52,038 nucleotides of DNA from an uncultured Candidatus Saccharibacteria bacterium (GCA_964637995.1 CAZWXV010000002.1:15122-67159); one strand, 5' to 3'; positions 1-8,107 are shown, counted from the stretch's first letter. Made by a program: numbers and translations. The notes: generated by a model not told the origin, from the sequence alone.

Positions 1-840
1 CATACCCGCCACTTTTAAAGTATTAGCTACGGCCTCCGGCGTATCCTTGAATATTTCCGCAACTTTCCCGCTGTCCATAAAAGAATAATCGCCGTCGCCG
101 AAAGAAAACTTGTTTTCATCCTTTATGTCGGAGTTCGTTTGAATGGACAATAGGGTATCGTGTGCCTTCCTGTCTTCCGGCAGGGGATAATGGGAATCAA
201 TGGTGGCTACCAGGGGAATATTCAGTTTTTTTGAGAGCTCAATCAGCCCCTGCTTGACCTCTTTGCCGCCTTCCAGGTTGCCGTAGTCCTGTATTTCCAA
301 AAAATAATTATCCTTGCCGAAAATTTCCTGATGTTCCAGAGCGATTTTCTCCGCCTTCTCGATATTTTTGTCGGCCAGAGCCCGCGCCAGTTCGCCGCCC
401 AAACATCCTGAAAGAGCAATAATCCCGTTCGCATACTTCCGGAGTATTTCTTTATCCATGCGCGGCTTGTAATAAAATCCTTCGGTGTGGGAAATGGTTA
501 CGAGCCGCATAAGATTTTTATAACCCGTAAGATTTTTCGCAAGGAGCGTCAGGTGAAACCGTTTGTTGTCAATGCCAGGATCTTTGTCCTTGAGTCCGCG
601 GTTTGCCACGTAGGCTTCCACTCCGATGATGGGCTTGATGCCCGCGGCCTCCGCGAGTTTGTAAAACTCTATGGCGCCGTACATATTGCCATGGTCGGTG
701 AGGGCTACCGCCGGCATTTTAAATTCCTTGGCCAAATTGACCAATTTCTCAAGCTTAGAAAGCCCGTCGAGCAGGGAATAGTGCGAATGAGTATGCAAGT
801 GTACGAATTTTGCGGATTCTCCGGCCATTTTGCCTATCAT
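1..840 (-). CDS. dnaE: DNA polymerase III alpha subunit, N-terminal PHP domain (partial, continues beyond window start)
   Basis: Absent from the ORF track because it runs off the window edge. Reverse-strand translation from the ATG at 840-838 reads [78 protein letters not shown]..., a typical DnaE PHP N-terminus. The frame stays open to base 1. Confidence 0.85.
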   Translation of the reverse strand, partial: MIGKMAGESAKFVHLHTHSHYSLLDGLSKLEKLVNLAKEFKMPAVALTDHGNMYGAIEFYKLAEAAGIKPIIGVEAYVANRGLKDKDPGIDNKRFHLTLLAKNLTGYKNLMRLVTISHTEGFYYKPRMDKEILRKYANGIIALSGCLGGELARALADKNIEKAEKIALEHQEIFGKDNYFLEIQDYGNLEGGKEVKQGLIELSKKLNIPLVATIDSHYPLPEDRKAHDTLLSIQTNSDIKDENKFSFGDGDYSFMDSGKVAEIFKDTPEAVANTLKVAGM

Positions 841-898
841 AACACAACTCTAGAATTATTTGTTATACTGTATGTATTAGAATTATACGCGAAAAAAC

Positions 899-1921
899 AT
901 GCAAAAAATAAGAGTAGGCATTAATGGTTTCGGCAGAATTGGGCGGGCATTCCTTAAGGTGGCTTGGGAGCATCCGGAAATTGAAATTGTGGCACTAAAC
1001 GACCTGGGCAGCGTGGACAACATGGCATATCTTCTGAAATACGACACGGTCTACCGGAAATGGGGGCATGAAATTAAAGCAGAAGGGGACAGTATCGTGA
1101 TAGACGGCAAACCCGTGAAAGTTTTGGCCGAGAAAGACCCCGCCGCTCTGCCGTGGAAAGATTTCAAGATTGACGTGGTGGTGGAATCCACGGGGCTTTT
1201 CACCAATTATGAAAAAGCGAAAGCACACCTCGACGCCGGAGCAAAAAAGGTGGTCATTTCCGCTCCCGCTAAAGGAGAAGGTGTGGTTAAAGGTGAAACT
1301 ATACTCTTGGGCGTAAACGAAAACAAGTTTGGAACTTGCGACATTACTTCCAACGCTTCTTGCACTACCAATGCGGCCTCACCCCTGATCGCTATTCTCC
1401 ACGAAGCTTTAGGAATCGAAAAAGCGCTCTTAAATACAGTGCATGGTTATACCGCATCCCAGGCGTTGGTAGACGGGCCGAGCAAAAAGGATTTGCGGGA
1501 AGGCCGGGCCGCCGCGCAGAACATCGTGCCTTCTTCCACCGGCGCGGCCATTGCCGTGACCAAAGCGTTTCCAGAGCTTACTGGCCTCTTTGACGGCATA
1601 GCCATCCGCGTACCCGTGCCGTCCGGCTCCATTGTGGACATAACTTTTATTTCCAAGCGCGACACTACCGCCGAAGAAGTCAACTCTATTCTAAAAAAAG
1701 CCGCCAACGAGCCGCGTTGGCAGAAACTCTTCGCCGTGACCGAAGAGCCCTTGGTCTCAAGCGACATTCTGGGTAGCCATTACGGCTCTATCGCTGACCT
1801 TGCGATGACCCGTGTGGTAGGCGGCAATCTGGTTAAAGTAATGGGCTGGTCCGACAACGAAATGGGGTATACTTATACTCTTGTGGACCATGTGCTAAAA
1901 ACAGGAGCGACGATAAAATAA
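899..1921 (+). CDS. gap: Type I glyceraldehyde-3-phosphate dehydrogenase
   Basis: 340 aa. Contains the INGFGRIGR NAD-binding motif, the SNASCTTN active-site Cys motif, and a conserved C-terminal WSDNEMGY. Confidence 0.95.
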   Translation: MQKIRVGINGFGRIGRAFLKVAWEHPEIEIVALNDLGSVDNMAYLLKYDTVYRKWGHEIKAEGDSIVIDGKPVKVLAEKDPAALPWKDFKIDVVVESTGLFTNYEKAKAHLDAGAKKVVISAPAKGEGVVKGETILLGVNENKFGTCDITSNASCTTNAASPLIAILHEALGIEKALLNTVHGYTASQALVDGPSKKDLREGRAAAQNIVPSSTGAAIAVTKAFPELTGLFDGIAIRVPVPSGSIVDITFISKRDTTAEEVNSILKKAANEPRWQKLFAVTEEPLVSSDILGSHYGSIADLAMTRVVGGNLVKVMGWSDNEMGYTYTLVDHVLKTGATIK

Positions 1922-1922
1922 T

Positions 1923-2201
1923 ATGCGTCTTTTCAAGACAACGCTTATTAGTATAGGAATATTAGTTCCTTTGGTTGTGGTTACAGGTAACACTCTTATA
2001 TTAGGAGATTTATCTTGGATAATATCACTACTTCATTATCCACCAATTTTTGTTTACTTGAGTATTTTATTTATTTTTCTCGCAGCTTATGATAGCTTTA
2101 AGAAAAAGCCTAGAGTCAAGTACACTAAAATTTTAGCAGTAATTTTTATTCTGCTGACTTTTTTATCATTACGTTTAATGTTTCTTGATATGGTAGGGTA
2201 G
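1923..2201 (+). CDS. Hypothetical small membrane protein
   Basis: 92 aa with about three hydrophobic helices. Starts 1 nt after the gap stop codon. Very AT-rich, about 28% GC in a hand-counted 60-nt line. Confidence 0.45.
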   Translation: MRLFKTTLISIGILVPLVVVTGNTLILGDLSWIISLLHYPPIFVYLSILFIFLAAYDSFKKKPRVKYTKILAVIFILLTFLSLRLMFLDMVG

Positions 2202-2215
2202 AAAATTAACCCATC

Positions 2216-2244
2216 CTTAATCTATCATATATGATATACTAAGA
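2216..2244 (+). repeat. Copy 1 of a 29-bp direct repeat (contains palindrome TATCATATATGATA and TGaTATACT)
   Basis: cttaatctatcatatatgatatactaaga matches 2671..2699 at 25 of 29 positions (hand alignment). Confidence 0.7.
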
Positions 2245-2245
2245 T

Positions 2246-2641
2246 ATGCCTCATATTTCTAAAAAACTAAAAAAGGAAGCTTTAAGTAAGTTATATAAGG
2301 AATTTAGCAAGGCCTTTGAAAAGTCTGCCCGCAAATCACAGGCAAAATTCTTTCTAGGCGATTTCCTAACCAAGACTGAAAAGGTAATGCTGGCCAAACG
2401 GTTTGCGGTTATTTACCTGCTATCCGAGGAAGTTCCAACCTCATATATAGCAGAATCTCTAGGAATGAGCTACAGTACTATTTTCAGGATGTCGTTAAAA
2501 TATGATATTGGCAGATACTCTTTACTTCTTGGAGCGATAAAACAAGAAAAGTCAGACCTTTGGAGAATTTTAGAAAAAATTCTTAGAGCCGGTTTGCCTC
2601 CTCGCACTGGAAGGGGAAGGTGGAAATTTTTATATCGATAG
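2246..2641 (+). CDS. TrpR/YerC-YecD-like helix-turn-helix protein
   Basis: 131 aa. The segment FLTKTEKVMLAKRFAVIYLLSEEVPTSYIAESLGMSYSTIFRMS resembles the Trp-repressor-like YerC/YecD family common in CPR genomes. Confidence 0.55.
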   Translation: MPHISKKLKKEALSKLYKEFSKAFEKSARKSQAKFFLGDFLTKTEKVMLAKRFAVIYLLSEEVPTSYIAESLGMSYSTIFRMSLKYDIGRYSLLLGAIKQEKSDLWRILEKILRAGLPPRTGRGRWKFLYR

Positions 2642-2670
2642 ATTGAATTCTCTTCCTAAATCTAAAATTT

Positions 2671-2699
2671 CTTAATCTACCATATATCGTATATTAAGA
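2671..2699 (+). repeat. Copy 2 of the 29-bp direct repeat
   Basis: cttaatctaccatatatcgtatattaaga lies immediately downstream of the TrpR-like gene stop codon. Confidence 0.7.
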
Positions 2700-2733
2700 A
2701 ACCTAAAATGCAAAACCGCGTGGGCAACAAAAG

Positions 2734-3720
2734 TTATTTTTTTAGTTTGTCCGGCAGTACGGCAAAATAGTCTTCGATATATGGGAACATCGTGTCGCAG
2801 GCAACGAATACCACGTTTGTGTTCTTCTTGAGTTTTTTGTCTGCTTTCATTTTTTTCAGAGTTTGTAAAATTCCCGCAAGCTGCATGCCCGTCGAGGGCC
2901 CGACGAAGATTCCCTCGCGGATAAGCCGGAGACTCATCGCGAAGGCCGGTATATCCCTGATCGGCAGTTCCAGATCCGCGACTTTTTCCCACGGCAGGCC
3001 AAGCTTTTTGACCGCGTCTTCGCCGCGGGGACCGGGAATTTCGGACCCTCTTTTTATTGAAGTTGCTATCACGAACAAATCGGGAATTTTCTTTTTCAGA
3101 TAAGAGCCGCTGCCGACAACCGTGCCGCCGGTGCCGATACTGGCGCAAAGAATATTGATTTTATTCCCGAATTGTTGCCAGAGTTCTTTTCCGATTATTT
3201 CGCTGGATGCCTTGGGGTTGCCGGGGTTTATATACTGATTTAAATTTTTCCAGCCCCGCTTTCCCCCCATTTGCTTCGCATTCCAGATGCCGCCTATTTT
3301 TCCATGAACGTCCGGCGAGGGCGGACCATGAGAAATAATCAGGTTGGTGCCCAGAAGACGTAGAAGGTTCTGCTTATTTTTCGGCACGTCCGGAGTTATG
3401 ATGGCGTGCATATTTGGGATGCCGAAATGCCTGGATAAAACAGCCAGAGACATCACCGTATTGCCGGAAGAATATTCCACCAAGTGTTTTATTCTCCGGA
3501 GCTCCTTTTTGGGAATCGCATTCAGCATATACCAAGCGGGGAGGGATTTTATGTTTGCCAAGGGTACGCTTTGTACGAGCTTTACATAAATATGGACACC
3601 GTTTTTTAAATACGGATTTAAACGGGCAGGGAGCTCTATGACCGGAGTCGGGCCGGTTGCGCCCGGCGTGAGGTATTCAAAGATGGCCTTTTCACCCCTA
3701 AAGACATTTTTATGATTCAT
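2734..3720 (-). CDS. Cysteine synthase-family (fold-type II) PLP-dependent enzyme
   Basis: 328 aa. Contains SSGNT (CysK uses TSGNT), the GTGGT phosphate-binding loop, and a candidate PLP lysine in PLANIKS. Divergent from canonical CysK. Confidence 0.7.
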   Translation of the reverse strand: MNHKNVFRGEKAIFEYLTPGATGPTPVIELPARLNPYLKNGVHIYVKLVQSVPLANIKSLPAWYMLNAIPKKELRRIKHLVEYSSGNTVMSLAVLSRHFGIPNMHAIITPDVPKNKQNLLRLLGTNLIISHGPPSPDVHGKIGGIWNAKQMGGKRGWKNLNQYINPGNPKASSEIIGKELWQQFGNKINILCASIGTGGTVVGSGSYLKKKIPDLFVIATSIKRGSEIPGPRGEDAVKKLGLPWEKVADLELPIRDIPAFAMSLRLIREGIFVGPSTGMQLAGILQTLKKMKADKKLKKNTNVVFVACDTMFPYIEDYFAVLPDKLKK

Positions 3721-3729
3721 GGCTGAATT

Positions 3730-4140
3730 TTATTTCCATAAATCACTAAGTTTGATTGAATTAAATCCGGGAATTTTATATTCATGCCGGGTTGTTTTAT
3801 GAGGGAATACTTTGGGGCTTAGAGCCATTTTTATAACCTTTTTCTTGTCCACGGGAATATGGGGCTTTCGGGCGTGCACCCGAACCGAGCGGTCGTTTAA
3901 ATAATTCACCACGTAGCAGGGCACGTTCTTTAATCCCAGTCTATGGGCGGCATAACATCGGTGATGGCCGTCGAGAATCGTTTTGGTTTCCGAGTCAATT
4001 AGGAGGGGAACCTTGAATCGGCCCGAGAAGATCATTTTAAGCACCAGATATATCGCATGGCGGATCTTAACCTTCTCGTGCGCGATCAACTCCCGGGGGC
4101 TGATAAGAACGATATTATCTTTTTTGTCTTCGGTAGTCAC
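3730..4140 (-). CDS. ParB/Srx (sulfiredoxin)-fold domain protein, GTG start
   Basis: 136 aa. Contains ILDGHHRCYAAHRLGLKNVPCYVV, a ParB-like nuclease/Srx signature. Lies 9 nt upstream of the PLP enzyme on the same strand. Confidence 0.65.
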   Translation of the reverse strand: MTTEDKKDNIVLISPRELIAHEKVKIRHAIYLVLKMIFSGRFKVPLLIDSETKTILDGHHRCYAAHRLGLKNVPCYVVNYLNDRSVRVHARKPHIPVDKKKVIKMALSPKVFPHKTTRHEYKIPGFNSIKLSDLWK

Positions 4141-4146
4141 TTATTG

Positions 4147-4152
4147 ATTATA
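4147..4152 (-). promoter_or_regulatory. -10 box TATAAT, 6 nt upstream of the GTG start of the ParB-like gene (leaderless-type)
   Basis: The reverse strand reads catagTATAATcaataaGTG. Confidence 0.45.
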
Positions 4153-4166
4153 CTATGTTTTGTAAG

Positions 4167-4955
4167 TTATAAATTTATGGTGCCTTCAAATACGAATTCC
4201 GCAGGGCCGCGAAGGATAATCTGCCCCTCGTCGTTTTGCGACAAGTGAAGATTGCCGCCGGGGAATTGGAGCGTTACTTCCCCCATATCCTTATTTTCAT
4301 TTTTCAGTATTGCATACACGGCGCAAGCTCCACTGCCGCAAGCAAGAGTAGGGAACCCACCTCTTTCCCAAACTATAACTTTAAAATAATCGTCTCCAAC
4401 TTTTTCTACAAGCTCCACATTTATTTTATTTGGGAAATGAGGATCATTTTCAACCCTAGGGCCTATCTCTAGTAGACTAATTTGATTTAGATCTTTTACT
4501 ATTCCCACAGCATGTGGATTTCCCATTGAGGCGAAATCAAATGAAATATTTTCGAGAGTGAGCGGTCCGTTAGGGAAATCATTATGAGAAAATACCGGAG
4601 TCCCCATATTTACTGAAAAACTTCCGTCGTCATTACATATTACTTTTTTTACTCCGGCTCGGGTGGCGACTAACAACTCTTCCATACTAAAGTTTTTCTG
4701 TTCTGTAAAAAATTTAGCCACACATCTTATTCCATTCCCGCACATTTCTTTTATAGACCCGTCAGAATCGTAATAATTCATAAAACAATCCGCATTTTCC
4801 CTGGACTCAACAAGTATTAACCCGTCTGCGCCGATGCCTTTATGTCTATCGCACAACAAAACAACTTGTTTTTTTGACAAAACAAGCTTTCCATTCATAT
4901 TATCTATGATTATTAAATCATTGCCGGCTCCGTGATATTTATAAAATTTAAGCAT
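4167..4955 (-). CDS. dapF: Diaminopimelate epimerase
   Basis: 262 aa. Starts MLKFYKYHGAGNDLIIID and has both catalytic Cys motifs (CGNGIRC and ACGSGACA). Confidence 0.9.
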   Translation of the reverse strand: MLKFYKYHGAGNDLIIIDNMNGKLVLSKKQVVLLCDRHKGIGADGLILVESRENADCFMNYYDSDGSIKEMCGNGIRCVAKFFTEQKNFSMEELLVATRAGVKKVICNDDGSFSVNMGTPVFSHNDFPNGPLTLENISFDFASMGNPHAVGIVKDLNQISLLEIGPRVENDPHFPNKINVELVEKVGDDYFKVIVWERGGFPTLACGSGACAVYAILKNENKDMGEVTLQFPGGNLHLSQNDEGQIILRGPAEFVFEGTINL

Positions 4956-5034
4956 AGTTGTATTGTTGCATAAAAAAATGCACTAAGCATTTCCCAATGG
5001 ATAGTGCACTCTCAAGATGGTGCATTTGCTATCC

Positions 5035-5069
5035 GGGGTCTCCACGCCGCACTACTGCGCGGAGACCCC
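5035..5069 (-). terminator. GC-rich hairpin downstream of the aspartokinase gene
   Basis: ggggtctcc(5035-5043) pairs with ggagacccc(5061-5069), and the stem can extend to about 13 bp with one G-U pair. There is no U-tract directly after it. Two further hairpins follow at 4999-5034 and 4976-4992, the last followed by a U-run. Confidence 0.4.
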
Positions 5070-5082
5070 TTCGAGAACATCA

Positions 5083-5958
5083 TCAGTTGCCGTTGGCAAT
5101 CCGGGTTCCCGGATGCTCGGGTTTGTTGATGTTCCGGATGACGAGAGGAATGCCTGAAACCAGAAGCGGCTGGATAGTTCTCGGATGAAGCATACCAGCA
5201 GTTCTAGCGAACTCGTCGGCGTCCTGAAACGTCAGCCTGCTTCTAGTGCGGGCGGTTTTGTCATGACGTGGATCGCCTGTCATTATGCCGTCGACGTCGG
5301 TCAGTTTATGGACCTCTCGCGCGCCGAGGCAGGCGCCCAGAAGGGTAGCGGTGAGGTCCGAGCCCTCGCGCCCGATGGTTGTTGTTACACCATCCCCAGT
5401 GGACCCGATGAACCCGCCGATCACGGGCACGATACCACGCTTGACCACCGGCAGAATGATTGCCCGTGCTCGCTCCTGCGTAGCATCCCAGTCGGGATTT
5501 GCCTCAGTATGTTTGTCGTCGGTGATAATCACTTCCCGCGCGTCAATCCACTGCGACTGCAGTCCGACACGGCAGAGGACTTCCGTGAGTAGTTGGCTAC
5601 TCGCCAACTCGCCAGCGGCAAGAACCTCGTCCATGAAGCGGGGAAAATTACCGTTGAGGACCACAGACTTTAGTCGCTCGAACTCGTTCCTGAGCCGGTT
5701 GCCCATATGGAGCCACAGCGACAGAGCCATGTAGTCGTGCCTCCGGGCGATGGAGTTCAAAAGATGATGCGCTGCCGCCAGCTTGCCATCGCGGATGAGC
5801 TCAGACACCTCGGTCAGATGGTTTGTCACCAGCGCTAGTGCTGAGACCACCACTACTGGCATGCTCCCTTTCGCCACTTCGCCTTTCACCCAGTCGATGA
5901 CTTTTTGCATCGCGGGTGCGTCCTTGACCGCCGAACCGCCGAACTTGATCACAATCAT
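5083..5958 (-). CDS. Aspartate kinase, catalytic (amino-acid kinase) domain only; no ACT domains
   Basis: 291 aa. Starts MIVIKFGGSAV, contains GREGSDLTA, and ends ...IRNINKPEHPGTRI, where ACT domains normally begin. GC is about 60-65% in hand-counted lines, against about 40% for the adjacent dapF. It has a GAGGGG Shine-Dalgarno-like element. Confidence 0.8.
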   Translation of the reverse strand: MIVIKFGGSAVKDAPAMQKVIDWVKGEVAKGSMPVVVVSALALVTNHLTEVSELIRDGKLAAAHHLLNSIARRHDYMALSLWLHMGNRLRNEFERLKSVVLNGNFPRFMDEVLAAGELASSQLLTEVLCRVGLQSQWIDAREVIITDDKHTEANPDWDATQERARAIILPVVKRGIVPVIGGFIGSTGDGVTTTIGREGSDLTATLLGACLGAREVHKLTDVDGIMTGDPRHDKTARTRSRLTFQDADEFARTAGMLHPRTIQPLLVSGIPLVIRNINKPEHPGTRIANGN

Positions 5959-6124
5959 TGTCGTTCACCCCTCATTGGTTTGGTTGTGTGGAACTGCAAA
6001 CTCTCTTCTACTACCCATACTGATTTTCTATATCTATCTTATTGTTTTTTGCGCAAAACGTTAAATTTTTAAGCATTTGTTTGTTTATTGGCACTTTTTG
6101 TAAAATCTGTTAAAATAATGAAAT

Positions 6125-6781
6125 ATGATCAAAATACAGCCGATTGTGGAGGAAATAGTGCGGGGAGAGTTTGAAGCCTATATGGCCTTGACCAATAACT
6201 ACATGAATATGTCGAGTTATGCACACCGTATTCGCCCCGAAGTAGAAGCCCGGACCAAGAAAGAAGCGACCATAACAAGTATAGTTGTTTCGTTGTCACG
6301 GCTGCGTAAAGGATTCAAAAAAGAAAAGCCCCTTGTCTTCAATGTGCCGATAAAGAACATAACCACCAAGCTGCCGTTGTCGGAAATAATATTTGAGAGC
6401 AGGGATGCGTTCGTCAGGGATTTGGAAACGCTTCACAAAGACATTGCCGTTTCCCAGGAAGATTTTTTCACGTCAACAATAGGCACCACCGAAGTGGATA
6501 TTATCTGCTCTTCCAATCTGGAAGATAAGATAGTCAGGCATTTTAAAGTAAAACCAAAAAGCGTGAATCGAAACCTAGCGGCCGTCGGGATTTCTTTTAG
6601 CTGGGAAGTGTTTGGCATGCCCAATGTGTTTTTTTCGCTTTTGTCTGTTACGGCCCGCGCTCGGATAAACATCGAAGAGCTGGTTTCCACGCCGACCGAG
6701 CTCATATTCATAATTGCCGAGCGGGATTTTGGCAGAACGGTAGCTTTGTTTTCAGAATTGCATAGACAAACCAATCAGTGA
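6125..6781 (+). CDS. Hypothetical protein with ACT-like C-terminal region
   Basis: 218 aa. The C-terminus NLAAVGISFSWEVFGMPNVFFSLLSVTARARINIEELVSTPTELIFIIAERDFGRTVALFSELH resembles the ACT domain of aspartokinases. This rests on pattern recognition only. Confidence 0.35.
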   Translation: MIKIQPIVEEIVRGEFEAYMALTNNYMNMSSYAHRIRPEVEARTKKEATITSIVVSLSRLRKGFKKEKPLVFNVPIKNITTKLPLSEIIFESRDAFVRDLETLHKDIAVSQEDFFTSTIGTTEVDIICSSNLEDKIVRHFKVKPKSVNRNLAAVGISFSWEVFGMPNVFFSLLSVTARARINIEELVSTPTELIFIIAERDFGRTVALFSELHRQTNQ

Positions 6782-6787
6782 TATACT
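6779..6787 (+). promoter_or_regulatory. Extended -10 (TGaTATACT), 6 nt upstream of the rpiB ATG
   Basis: Sequence is tgaTATACTtccaatATG. A possible -35 TTGCAT lies at 6758-6763. Confidence 0.45.
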
Positions 6788-6793
6788 TCCAAT

Positions 6794-7285
6794 ATGAAGA
6801 TTTACATCGGTGCCGACCACACCGGTTTTGAGTTGAAGAAAGAGTTAAAAACATACTTGGCGGGGCTGGGCTTGGGATATGAAGTTTTAGACAAAGGGCC
6901 CTTTGCCTATGATGCGGACGATGATTATCCGGATTTTATCCGTGGAGTGGCGGAAGCGGTGGCCAAAGACGACACCAGTTTCGGCGTAATCTTGGGTGGC
7001 AGCGGGCAAGGGGAGGCCATGTGCGCGAACCGAGTTGCCGGCGCCAGGGCCGCCGTCTTTTATTCCGAAGCATTACCCCAAGCCCCAATAGACATCAAAG
7101 GAGAGAAAAGCGAAGATCCGTATGAGATCATCAAACTCGCCCGTGTCCACAACAATGCCAACATATTGTCCCTGAGCATCCGGTTTTTATCGTTTGACCA
7201 GATAAAATTTGCCATTGAGCTTTTCATAAAGACTCCGTTTACGGGCGAAGAACGGCACGCCCGCAGGATAAAAAAACTCGGTTAA
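6794..7285 (+). CDS. rpiB: Ribose-5-phosphate isomerase B
   Basis: 163 aa. Contains MKIYIGADHTGFELK and GGSGQGEAMCANR, the RpiB/LacAB signature. Confidence 0.9.
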   Translation: MKIYIGADHTGFELKKELKTYLAGLGLGYEVLDKGPFAYDADDDYPDFIRGVAEAVAKDDTSFGVILGGSGQGEAMCANRVAGARAAVFYSEALPQAPIDIKGEKSEDPYEIIKLARVHNNANILSLSIRFLSFDQIKFAIELFIKTPFTGEERHARRIKKLG

Positions 7286-7290
7286 AAAAT

Positions 7291-8094
7291 ATGGAAAATA
7301 AATCCAAAGAACTTGAAATAGCTATCAAGGCGGCGCTCGAGGCGGGCAAAATTCTCGAAAAATACTTCGAGACGGAGATACTGAAAGAGTTCAAGGAGGA
7401 CAATACACCGGTAACGCTCGCGGACAATGAGTGCGAGGCGATAATCAAGAAAATAATTCTGGAAGCGTTCCCGACCCATTCAATTTTAGGCGAGGAAACG
7501 GGGATGACGGACAACGGTACCGAATATGTCTGGTACATAGACCCGCTCGACGGTACGAGGAACTTCATGAACGGCATACCTATTTTCGCGACATCCTTGG
7601 CGCTCGTGCGGGACAATGAGATAATCGTTGGCGTCATACATAACCCCATAACTCAATCCCTATTTTACGCGGAGAAAGGCAAGGGCGCATATTTCAATGA
7701 TAAGCAGATATTCGTTTCCAAGGACGGGCGGGAGCATGCGATGATAAGCATTGCGCCCGGCAAAAAAACCGACCCCTCCAAACTGCTTTTCCGGGAACTA
7801 TACTATAATTTTAAGCAGGGAGTGGTCAGTTCGGTGCGTAATTTTGGCTGTACGGCGATGGAACTCGCATACGTGGCGCGCGGCGGCCTCGAGGCCAATG
7901 TCCAGCTTGGTTTATCCACTTATGATTTTGCGGCCGGAGTACTCTTGGTGCTGGAGGCTGGCGGCACGATTACCAAGCACGACGGTAGCCCATGGCAGTT
8001 TCCCGATGGCGAATTTATTGTCTCCAATGGCCTTTTTCACGAGGTTTTGGTGGATGAAGTAAAAAAACAAAAAGCTAAATTAAACCTGCAGTAA
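7291..8094 (+). CDS. Inositol monophosphatase / fructose-1,6-bisphosphatase family protein
   Basis: 267 aa with WYIDPLDGTRNF and the other IMPase motifs. Confidence 0.85.
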   Translation: MENKSKELEIAIKAALEAGKILEKYFETEILKEFKEDNTPVTLADNECEAIIKKIILEAFPTHSILGEETGMTDNGTEYVWYIDPLDGTRNFMNGIPIFATSLALVRDNEIIVGVIHNPITQSLFYAEKGKGAYFNDKQIFVSKDGREHAMISIAPGKKTDPSKLLFRELYYNFKQGVVSSVRNFGCTAMELAYVARGGLEANVQLGLSTYDFAAGVLLVLEAGGTITKHDGSPWQFPDGEFIVSNGLFHEVLVDEVKKQKAKLNLQ

Positions 8095-8107
8095 AAATAC
8101 AAATAAC

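Noticed and set aside
841-898. Direct repeat tagaattat x2 (851-859 and 878-886) between dnaE and gap as a possible regulatory site
   Set aside because: It is short and AT-rich and contains the generic -10-like TAGAAT used elsewhere in the window. These are most simply two promoter -10 candidates, and there is not enough evidence for a specific operator.
487-924. 145-aa plus-strand ORF from the ORF track
   Set aside because: It lies antisense to a clearly recognisable dnaE PHP domain (1-840, minus strand) and has no recognisable motifs. It is a shadow ORF.
4958-5188. 76-aa plus-strand ORF spanning the aspartokinase-dapF spacer
   Set aside because: It runs through the hairpin region and into the antisense of the aspartokinase 3-prime end. 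It has no start context and an implausible composition. The region is better explained by RNA hairpins and terminators.
5185-5734. Plus-strand ORFs of 135 and 149 aa within the aspartokinase region
   Set aside because: They are antisense to a well-supported amino-acid-kinase domain. Such long open antisense frames are expected in GC-rich coding DNA.
5083-5958. Calling the truncated aspartokinase a pseudogene
   Set aside because: The catalytic domain is intact from MIVIKFGGSAV to the domain boundary, with no internal stops. It has its own Shine-Dalgarno-like site and a downstream hairpin. I cannot exclude inactivity, but nothing in the sequence shows decay.
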